Shown: one piece after another, positions 27,275-35,181 of the stretch | How the letters are laid out: every line of letters starts with the position of its first letter | Numbering within the stretch: position 1 is the stretch's first letter | Assembly: GCA_963798845.1 (NCBI GenBank) | Contig: CAWCUS010000003.1 | Location: 1-64,000 of the forward strand | DNA length: 64,000 nucleotides | Direction: 5' to 3' | Origin: an uncultured Gemmatimonadales bacterium | GTDB lineage: Bacteria; Gemmatimonadota; Gemmatimonadetes; Longimicrobiales; RSA9 | Program-made: the position numbers and the translations under genes | The notes under the pieces: model-generated | Database searches by the model: none | The model's input: only the letters and a program-made list of their open reading frames with translations | What the model was told of the DNA's origin: nothing

Positions 27275-28261
27275 CTACCAGCGCAGGATGACCTTGCCGA
27301 ACGTCTGATTGGACGCCACCCGCTCGTGGGCCCGGGCCGCTTCCGAGGCCGGGATCACCTCCTGGACGACCGGGCGGATCCGGCCGTCCGCCATGAGCGG
27401 GAGCACCTCCTCGGCGAACAGCCTGATCGCCGCGGCCTTCTCGATGCGCGACCGGCTGCGTAGCGCCGTGCCGACCAGGGTGAGGCGTCTGGAGAGCAGC
27501 ATGCCAAGGTCCACCTCGGCCGTCCGGCCGGAAGGCAGCCCCACAACCACCAGCCTTCCCAGGATGGCCATGGCGCGGAGGTTCTCGGCCAGGTAGGCCC
27601 CTCCAACCAGGTCGAGCACGACGTCCGCGCCCCGCCCGTCCGTGGCCTCGCGCACCCGCTCGGCGAACGCCACGCCCTCGCCCGACGCGTCCAGCGCCAC
27701 GTCCAGACCCAGCTCAGATGCGCGCTCCAGCTTCCAGGGGCTGCGCGACGTCCCCAGCACCAGCGCATCGTGGGCCCGGGCGATCTGGAGCCCCGCGGTC
27801 CCCACGCCGCTCCCCACTGCGTGGATCAACACGCTCTCGCTCCCGGCGAGGCCGGCGCGCGTCCGCAGGGCGTCGTGGGCGGTGATGAAGACTTCGGGGA
27901 CGCCGGCGGCGGCATCGTCGTCGAGCGCGTCCGGGACCGGGAGCAGGTGCTCCGCCGGTACCACCACGTATTCCGCGCACGCCCCGCCGCCCGCCAGCCC
28001 CATGACCCGGTCACCCGCACCCCAGTCCTCCACGCCCGGGCCGACATGGTCCACGCGTCCGGCGAACTCCAGCCCCGGAACGTCGGCCGGCCACCCCGGC
28101 GGCGCCGGATAGTGCCCCTGGCGCTGCATGAGATCGGCGCGGTTCACGCCGGCGGCCGACACCCGCACCCGCACCTCGCCCGGCCCGGGCTGCGGGTCCG
28201 GTACGTCCACGAGTTCCAGCACCTCGGGCGGGCCGGGGCGCGTGATCACCACCGCTTTCAT
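27275..28261 (-). CDS. NAD(P)H-quinone oxidoreductase (PIG3 / MDR family)
   Basis: GVNRADLMQRQG, PGLEFAG, HAVGSGVGTA, FGKVIL. Confidence 0.92.
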   Translation of the reverse strand: MKAVVITRPGPPEVLELVDVPDPQPGPGEVRVRVSAAGVNRADLMQRQGHYPAPPGWPADVPGLEFAGRVDHVGPGVEDWGAGDRVMGLAGGGACAEYVVVPAEHLLPVPDALDDDAAAGVPEVFITAHDALRTRAGLAGSESVLIHAVGSGVGTAGLQIARAHDALVLGTSRSPWKLERASELGLDVALDASGEGVAFAERVREATDGRGADVVLDLVGGAYLAENLRAMAILGRLVVVGLPSGRTAEVDLGMLLSRRLTLVGTALRSRSRIEKAAAIRLFAEEVLPLMADGRIRPVVQEVIPASEAARAHERVASNQTFGKVILRW

Positions 28262-28298
28262 GGGGGAGCCTTCCGCGGAAGGACCTGCCGACGAGCCG

Positions 28299-28568
28299 CT
28301 ACAGCGCTTTTCGGGCGACCAGGTGGTAGACGAACGGGAAGAACGCGCCCCCGAGCGCCGCGCCGAGCAGCGCCCCGAAACGCAGCGGCGTGGGGTCGTG
28401 CGTCACGTAGGCCGACGTGCCCAGCATGCCACCGATGAACGTCCCCGCCAGGCCGAAATAGATGGTCAGCGGGAGCGTCGTGGTCGGGCCGCGGTACACC
28501 GCGCGCACCACCAGGCTGGCCACCACGCCGATGGCGATCCAGATGAGAAAACCGCTCACGAATGTCAT
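28299..28568 (-). CDS. GlsB/YeaQ/YmgE (transglycosylase-associated) small membrane protein
   Basis: WIAIGVVA...GLAGTFIGG pattern, three TM helices. Confidence 0.75.
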   Translation of the reverse strand: MTFVSGFLIWIAIGVVASLVVRAVYRGPTTTLPLTIYFGLAGTFIGGMLGTSAYVTHDPTPLRFGALLGAALGGAFFPFVYHLVARKAL

Positions 28569-28622
28569 GGCGGCAAGGTGGCGGAGAGGTTCGCGGCTCG
28601 CAAGGGAGCCGGCGCCAGCGGG

Positions 28623-29837
28623 TCACACCGCAATGTCCGCCACCGCTTCCTCCTCCCCCGTGCCGTGCGCGCCCACTCCGGGCGGGAGCCGCAGGGCGAC
28701 GACCACGGCAGCCGCAACGAGGCCCGCGGCCAGGAAGAACGGGCTGCGGATCCCGACGTGCTCGAACAGCGCGCCAGCCCACACCGGTCCGAGCACGCGG
28801 CCGATCCCCCCGACCACCTGCTGCCCGCCAAGCATGGCGCCCTGGGACTCGGTGTCGGTTTCCTGGGACACGAGGCTGGCGAGGGAGGGGAAGGTGAGGC
28901 CGGTGGCCAGCGCCCAGAACGGGACGAGCGCGAAGATGGCGTCCCGGGTCGGGACGAGTGGGAGCGCCGCGAGCACAGCGGCCAGGACTGCCGTCCCGGC
29001 CTGGACGATGCGGCGCTCGCCGAAGCGGCGCACGAGCCACCCCACGATGAGCCCACGCACCACAACGGTGGTGCCGCCGGCGGTAGCGAACACGACGCCC
29101 ATGTCCATGGCGTCCATGCCGTGCGCACGCTCGGCGAACAGCGCCAGTACGCCGGTCATCGCCGTGAATGACATGATCGCGAGGAAGTAGACGGCCAGCA
29201 GGAGCACGAACGGGTAGGAGGTGAGCGCGCCCGCCCAGCTGCGGAGCGTGGCCGCCTGTGCCCCCTTCCCCTCCCCCCGCTCCCTGGCACGCAGGGACTC
29301 GGGGAGGATGACGATGGCGGCCAGGCCGTTGGCGGCGCAGAGGCCGGCGGCGATGAAGCCCGGCACCGCGTAGCCGAACTGGCTGAAGTAGCCGCCGATC
29401 GCCGGACCGATGAGCACGCCCAGGCCGGACGCGGCGCCGAGCATGCCCATCCCGCGGGCGCGGTCCGCTGGCCCCGTGGCGTCGGCGACGTAGGCCTGGG
29501 CCACGGAGATCGTGCCACCCGCGGCGCCGGCGGCGACACGGGAGATGAACAGGACGGCCAGCGACTGGGCGAGGCCGAACAGGAGGTAGGAGAGTGCGGA
29601 AGCGAAGAGCCCCAGGACGATGAACGGGCGGCGGCCGTGACGGTCGGAGATCCGTCCCCAGAACGGTACGGCCACGAACTGCATGGCAGAGAAGGAGGCC
29701 ACGAGCAGGGTGACATCGAACGGGCTGGCGCCGAAGGACTCGGCGTAGTACGGCAGGAGGGGGAGCACGATCCCGAAGCCGATCATGTCCACCAGCACGG
29801 TGGCGAAGAGCACGATCAGCCGGGACCTCTTCAGCAT
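28623..29837 (-). CDS. MFS transporter (DHA1/TetA-like)
   Basis: DMIGFGIVLPLLP, GRISDRHGRRP motif A, AYVADAT. Confidence 0.92.
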   Translation of the reverse strand: MLKRSRLIVLFATVLVDMIGFGIVLPLLPYYAESFGASPFDVTLLVASFSAMQFVAVPFWGRISDRHGRRPFIVLGLFASALSYLLFGLAQSLAVLFISRVAAGAAGGTISVAQAYVADATGPADRARGMGMLGAASGLGVLIGPAIGGYFSQFGYAVPGFIAAGLCAANGLAAIVILPESLRARERGEGKGAQAATLRSWAGALTSYPFVLLLAVYFLAIMSFTAMTGVLALFAERAHGMDAMDMGVVFATAGGTTVVVRGLIVGWLVRRFGERRIVQAGTAVLAAVLAALPLVPTRDAIFALVPFWALATGLTFPSLASLVSQETDTESQGAMLGGQQVVGGIGRVLGPVWAGALFEHVGIRSPFFLAAGLVAAAVVVALRLPPGVGAHGTGEEEAVADIAV

Positions 29838-29985
29838 CCGGCGTCACACTCCCGTCGGGCGGTGACGTCAGGTGGCGGCGGCGCGGTGCTTGTACAAGTG
29901 CCCCGGCAGGCGTACATTGGCGCTCGACCCCCCTTCCCCGAACTGGTCACGGCGGCCGTCCGCGGCCGCATCACGGTCCGGAACC

Positions 29986-31491
29986 ATGCCTCGCCTCGAT
30001 CGACCCGACGACTCAGACTTCCGCCAGCGGTACGGCGTACTCCTGGATATCGCGCGCGTCCTCACGGCCACCCTGGAGCCGCCGGGACTGTACCGCACGA
30101 TCTATGAGCAGGCGAGCCGCGTGCTGGAGACCACCGGGTTCTACGTCTCGCTGCTCGACGCGGAAATAGACGAGGCGAACGTGGTGTTCATCGCCGACCG
30201 CGGCACCGTCGAGCGGCCGGCGAGCGTAACGTACCGGGGGTCCGAAAGCCGCGCCATACGCGAGAAGCACGCCATCCTCGACGACCTGACCAGCGTGGAC
30301 CACGCGCTGCTCGTGCTCGGTCCGGAGAAGAACGACGACGAGGTGACGCGCTCGGTGCTGGTCGCCCCGATGGTCCATCACGGGCGCGTGCTCGGCGTGA
30401 TCAGCGCCCAGAGCTACCGCCGCCATGCGTACACCGCCGGTGACGTCGAGCTGCTGACGGCGATCGCCGACCTGGCCGCCGTGGCCGTGTCCAATTCCCG
30501 CGCGATTGCCGACCTCGAAGGGCAGCGGCGGGAGTCGCAGCGGCTGGAGGAGATCGGCCGCGCCCTCACGGCTTCGCTCGAGCTGGACCAGGTGCTGCGC
30601 CGGATCGTCGCCGCGGCCCGCGACCTGTTCGACGCCGAGGGCGCCAGCGTATGGCTGCTGCAGCCGGACGGCATGGCGGAGGTGGCCATGAGCGCCGGTG
30701 ACCTTTCGCTTCCCGTCGGAGCCACGGTCCACCCCCCGCTCGATCTCATCCGCCGCTTCACCGAGGAGAGGGCCCCGCTCATCGTGGACCGACTCCGGTC
30801 CGACCCGCTGATCCCGTCTGAAATCCGCCAGACGCTCGAGTCGGAGTCTGCCATCGCCGTCCCGCTCATCGCGAATGACCAGCTCATCGGGGCGCTGTCC
30901 GTGAGCCATGCCAGCGAGCGCGCCTACGAAGAAGACGACGTGCGCCTGCTCGAGCGGCTCGCCCTGCACGCGGCCATCGCCGTGAGCAATGCGCGGCTGC
31001 ACGACCAGGTGCGAACGCTGTCGCTCACGGACCCGCTGACCGAGCTGCCCAACCGGCGGCACATGTCCATGTTCCTGGAGAAGGAGTTCGCTGCCGCCGA
31101 GCGGGGCCGAAGCCTCACTCTCATCCTCTTCGACCTGGATGACTTCAAGCATTACAACGACATGGCCGGCCATCAGGCCGGCGACGCCGTCCTCCGCCGA
31201 TTCGCCCGAATCCTGCTCAGCCAGACGCGCGCCATGAATCTCGCCGCTCGCTACGGCGGCGACGAGTTCATCATCATCCTCTCCGAGGCCGAGCCGGAAG
31301 ACGGCGACCGGCAGGTTCAGCGCGTGCTCGATGCCGTGCTTTCCGACGCCCGTATGGCTGGCGTGGGCGTCACCGCGGGCGTGGCCGCGTTCGAGCCGGG
31401 GATGCAGTCGCCGGATCAGCTCGTCCGACGCGCCGACCAGGCCCTCTACCGCGCCAAGTCCGCGCGCACACGCGAGGAAAGCGAGCCCTGA
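29986..31491 (+). CDS. Diguanylate cyclase, GAF-GAF-GGDEF
   Basis: Two GAF repeats, TDPLTELPNRR, DLDDFKHYND, RYGGDEF. Confidence 0.93.
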   Translation: MPRLDRPDDSDFRQRYGVLLDIARVLTATLEPPGLYRTIYEQASRVLETTGFYVSLLDAEIDEANVVFIADRGTVERPASVTYRGSESRAIREKHAILDDLTSVDHALLVLGPEKNDDEVTRSVLVAPMVHHGRVLGVISAQSYRRHAYTAGDVELLTAIADLAAVAVSNSRAIADLEGQRRESQRLEEIGRALTASLELDQVLRRIVAAARDLFDAEGASVWLLQPDGMAEVAMSAGDLSLPVGATVHPPLDLIRRFTEERAPLIVDRLRSDPLIPSEIRQTLESESAIAVPLIANDQLIGALSVSHASERAYEEDDVRLLERLALHAAIAVSNARLHDQVRTLSLTDPLTELPNRRHMSMFLEKEFAAAERGRSLTLILFDLDDFKHYNDMAGHQAGDAVLRRFARILLSQTRAMNLAARYGGDEFIIILSEAEPEDGDRQVQRVLDAVLSDARMAGVGVTAGVAAFEPGMQSPDQLVRRADQALYRAKSARTREESEP

Positions 31492-31619
31492 CCCTCGATT
31501 CCGGCCCGTCCCATCCGGCCATGGCTTCGCCGCGTCACCGCGCCGATCTTGCCAGTGTGCAAATCAATCCTCGCTTCACCCGTTTGGTCCGCGCGCCCGC
31601 CGCCCGCTACGGGGATCCC

Positions 31620-32126
31620 GTGCCCCGGGATGACTCGTTCCCCGCGGAGGCAGTGCTGCGAGACCTCGTGACGGCCGACCGGGTCGTCGCTCCCCTCATC
31701 ACCGCCCGATACGCGGCGCTGCGCTTCTGGCTCCTGTACGGCACCGGCGGCGATGCCGAGCTGCTGGACCACGGGCGCGACGCCGCGGCCGAGCACCTCG
31801 CCTGCGCCGGCGAAGCGGAAGAAGTGGTGATCCTCAGCACGCTGGTGGACCGGCCCGAGCCGCTGCGTGATGCCGTGGCGCTGCTGGAGCGGGCGGCGGA
31901 GCTCGCCGAGGCAAGGCGCTGCCCGCACGGCGCCGGGGCGCTCCGCGAGTCCGCGTTCCACATGGCGGTGCACCACATGGACTTCGGGCTCGCCGCGCGG
32001 GTCGCCGGCGACATCGGACGCCGACTCCGGCGCTCCGGACGGTATCGCGTAGCCCGCCGCTGGGACCGTGCCGCCGCCGCGCTGGCCGCCCGGGAGCACG
32101 CACTGTCGCCGCCGTCGGCGGAGTAG
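31620..32126 (+). CDS. Hypothetical all-helical protein
   Basis: Open frame with Ala/Leu-rich helical composition; start uncertain (31521 or 31620). Confidence 0.5.
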   Translation: MPRDDSFPAEAVLRDLVTADRVVAPLITARYAALRFWLLYGTGGDAELLDHGRDAAAEHLACAGEAEEVVILSTLVDRPEPLRDAVALLERAAELAEARRCPHGAGALRESAFHMAVHHMDFGLAARVAGDIGRRLRRSGRYRVARRWDRAAAALAAREHALSPPSAE

Positions 32127-32134
32127 CGGGCGGG

Positions 32135-32350
32135 GTGAGCCAGCCGTACACGGCCGAGGAGCGCGGACGGATCGGGCGGGCGCTGGAGGCGGGCGAGCCG
32201 CTGCGGTGCCCGGCGTGCGGAGCAGGGCTCACGCGGCGCGAGGTGCCGCCGTCCCGGCAGGTCTCCTACGTGCGGCGGCGTGTGTGGGTGCTCTGTCCCG
32301 AGTGCGGACGCTCCGCGGCGGTGGACGTCAGAGCGGGCGGGCCACCATGA
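32135..32350 (+). CDS. Small zinc-ribbon protein
   Basis: CPACG...CPECG, 71 aa. Confidence 0.7.
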   Translation: MSQPYTAEERGRIGRALEAGEPLRCPACGAGLTRREVPPSRQVSYVRRRVWVLCPECGRSAAVDVRAGGPP

Positions 32351-33374
32351 TGCCGTCCTGCCCATCGATGCGAAGGATGCGCTCCGGGAGCGGCAGAGCG
32401 CTGATCTCGACGGACCGCCCCGCCAGCGGCGCGTTCATGAGGTGGACCCGTCCGTTCACGCGTACGGCGATGCCGGTGTGGGCCACGTCCAACCCCGGGA
32501 CCGTGCTCGTCATCGCGATGACGTCGCCATCCCGGATGCGGCCGGCCACCTCGCCCACTTTCCCCTGCGGGATGACGTAGCGCGGCTCCGCGCTCAGCGT
32601 CTCCTCGATCTCCCGGATGCTCTCCACGCGCTCGGGGTGCCCGTCCAGCGGGGCGTACGCGTCGGCGTGGGTGGACATGAAGTCGATGGTCGAGGTGTCC
32701 GGCCGCCCTCCCAGCTCACGGGTGACATCGCGCACAAGCCCCAGCTCCGCGTTGTCGCGGATCCACTCGCTGAAGTAGTGCAGCCGGCTGGTGTACCCGT
32801 CCATCCGCCCGTTCCGGTATCGGATCCTGCGCAGCTCGGCCGTGAACGCGTTGAAGTCCGGCAGCTCGCCGCCCCGGCTCGCCCGGATCACGCGGGCAAG
32901 CGCCAGCACGCTCTCCACGTAGGTGACGCAGTCGAACCCCCGCAGGTCGACCACCAGTCTCTCCGGCCCCGGCGGGTCGAGCGTGTAGGGGGTGTAGGGA
33001 CTGCCCACGAACCGCTTCCCCACGCGAACCATGATCTGGCCGATCGGAAGCGCCTCGACCCCCTCGTCGCGGGCCCAGCGCACCGTCTCCCGGAAGATGT
33101 CCCGATCGCGCGGCTCGAACACGACGTCGCCCACGACCTCGGCATCCGAGTCGCCGCTCCGGGCCGGGACGGGCGCGGCAGGCCCGCCCACGACGCCCGT
33201 TCGCCCGGCGAAGTCGGGCGGTGAGCCGGCCCCGCGTACGACGCCGGGCTCCCCGGCCACTGCCGTCCCGGCGCGGCCGTGCCCGGTGAGATCCGGCAGC
33301 GCCTGGAAGAGGAGCCACGCGATGAGCAGGGCGCCGGCGAGCGCGGCGAGGGTGACGGCGTGTGTCTTTCCCAT
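32328..33374 (-). CDS. DUF1460 N-acetylmuramoyl-L-alanine amidase-like protein (NlpC/P60 permuted)
   Basis: GSPY, LRGFDCVTYVE, RLHYFSEW, GLDVAHTG. Confidence 0.88.
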   Translation of the reverse strand: MGKTHAVTLAALAGALLIAWLLFQALPDLTGHGRAGTAVAGEPGVVRGAGSPPDFAGRTGVVGGPAAPVPARSGDSDAEVVGDVVFEPRDRDIFRETVRWARDEGVEALPIGQIMVRVGKRFVGSPYTPYTLDPPGPERLVVDLRGFDCVTYVESVLALARVIRASRGGELPDFNAFTAELRRIRYRNGRMDGYTSRLHYFSEWIRDNAELGLVRDVTRELGGRPDTSTIDFMSTHADAYAPLDGHPERVESIREIEETLSAEPRYVIPQGKVGEVAGRIRDGDVIAMTSTVPGLDVAHTGIAVRVNGRVHLMNAPLAGRSVEISALPLPERILRIDGQDGIMVARPL

Positions 33375-33492
33375 TCTGCATCGCTCCGGTGCAAGCGGCA
33401 TTCCGGGCCCGGCTCCAACGCCGCTTTGACATCCCGGCGAGGATCGGGGATTTTTCGACTCTTACGTTCAGTCCCCGCGGCGGAACACGCTC

Positions 33493-35181
33493 ATGCCGAA
33501 ACATACGGAAGCCGGACTGCCGGTTCTACGGATGCGCCCCGTGCCCAAGGGCCGCACGTTCGATGTCGAAGCGCTGGAGGAGGTCCGGGAGATGCTCGGG
33601 GACGCGCCGCGTCGTCGGGACCTGCTGGTGGAGCACCTGCACCGGATCCAGGACGCGTACGGCCACCTCTCCGACCGGCACATGCTCGCACTGGCCGGGG
33701 AGATGTCGCTGAGCGCGGCGGAAGTGTGGGAAGTGGCCACGTTCTACCACGGCTTCGACGTGGTGAAGGACGGGGAGGCGCCGCCGCCTCCGCTCACCGT
33801 CCGGGTGTGCGACTCCATCGCGTGCGAGATGGCGGGCTCGGCCGAGCTGCTCGCCACGCTGAAGCAGCGGCTCGGAGCCCGCGTGAGGGTCGTGGGCACG
33901 CCCTGCATCGGGCGCTGCGACCACGCCCCCGCGACCGTCGTTGGGCAGCACGCCGTGGACTGCGCGACGGTCGCGGCCGTGGAGGGCGTGGTGCTGCATG
34001 ATGACACGAAGGCGGAGGTCCCGCCGTACCGGCACCTGGACGAGTACCGGGCTTCGGGAGGCTACGGGATCCTGGCCTCGTGCGCGGGCGGCGAGCGGAC
34101 GCTGGATGCCGTGCTCGCCGAGGTCAAGGCGGCGGGGCTGAAGGGGCTCGGCGGCGCGGGGTTCCCGTCGTCGCGGAAGTGGGAGTTCGTGCGGGCGGAG
34201 CCGAAGCCGCGGATGGTGGTGGTTAACGCGGACGAGGGGGAGCCGGGGACGTTCAAGGACCGCTTCCTCCTGGAGACCGATCCACACCGGGTGCTGGAGG
34301 GGGCGCTCATCGCGGCGTGGGCCGTGGAGGCCGAGGCCGTCTGGATCTACCTGCGCGACGAGTACCCGCAGTGCCGCGCCATCCTCCAGGACGCGATCCA
34401 CTCGCTCGAAGCGGACCCGCCGTGCGCGCTCCCGGAAATCCACCTGCGGCGAGGCGCTGGCGCGTACATCTGCGGCGAAGAGACGGCGCTCATCGAGTCA
34501 CTGGAAGGGAAGCGGGGCGAGCCGCGGCTGCGACCCCCTTTCCCCGCGCAGAGAGGCGTCTTCGACCGTCCGACACTGGTGCACAACGTCGAGACGCTGT
34601 TCTGGATCCCCGAGATCCTGCGACGCGGCGGCGGCTGGTTCGCAGCCACTGGGCGGGAGGGACATCCCGGGCAGCGCTACTTCTCCGTGAGTGGCCGCGT
34701 GAAGGATCCGGGCGTCTATCTGGCCCCGAACGGCGTCACCGTAAACGAGCTGATCGACGGCCACGCCGGCGGTATGCTCGACGGGCACGCATTCTACGCG
34801 TACCTGCCGGGCGGCGCGTCGGGCGGGATCCTTCCGGCATCCCTGGGCGACATCCCGCTGGACTTCGGCGGCGCGCTCGGCGAGTACGGCTGCTTCGTGG
34901 GGTCCGGCGCCATCGTGATCCTCTCGGATCGGGACTCGGCCCGGGCGGCGGCGGCGAACATCATGCGCTTCTTCGCGCACGAGTCGTGCGGCAAGTGCAC
35001 GCCGTGCCGCGTGGGCACGGCCAAGGCCGTGGCGCTCATGGAAGCGCCGACGTGGGACCGGGCATTGCTGGAGGAGCTGGGCGCGGCGATGGCGGACGCG
35101 TCCATCTGCGGCCTGGGGCAGGCCGCCCCGAACGTCATCCGCCGCGTCATGGAGCACTTCCCGCAGGAGCTCGACGCATGA
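33493..35181 (+). CDS. NAD-dependent formate dehydrogenase beta/diaphorase subunit (NuoE-like + NuoF-like fusion)
   Basis: EVATFYH, VCDSIAC, CIGRC, GLGGAGFP, NADEGEPGTFKDR, YICGEET, ESCGKCTPCR, SICGLG. Confidence 0.92.
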   Translation: MPKHTEAGLPVLRMRPVPKGRTFDVEALEEVREMLGDAPRRRDLLVEHLHRIQDAYGHLSDRHMLALAGEMSLSAAEVWEVATFYHGFDVVKDGEAPPPPLTVRVCDSIACEMAGSAELLATLKQRLGARVRVVGTPCIGRCDHAPATVVGQHAVDCATVAAVEGVVLHDDTKAEVPPYRHLDEYRASGGYGILASCAGGERTLDAVLAEVKAAGLKGLGGAGFPSSRKWEFVRAEPKPRMVVVNADEGEPGTFKDRFLLETDPHRVLEGALIAAWAVEAEAVWIYLRDEYPQCRAILQDAIHSLEADPPCALPEIHLRRGAGAYICGEETALIESLEGKRGEPRLRPPFPAQRGVFDRPTLVHNVETLFWIPEILRRGGGWFAATGREGHPGQRYFSVSGRVKDPGVYLAPNGVTVNELIDGHAGGMLDGHAFYAYLPGGASGGILPASLGDIPLDFGGALGEYGCFVGSGAIVILSDRDSARAAAANIMRFFAHESCGKCTPCRVGTAKAVALMEAPTWDRALLEELGAAMADASICGLGQAAPNVIRRVMEHFPQELDA

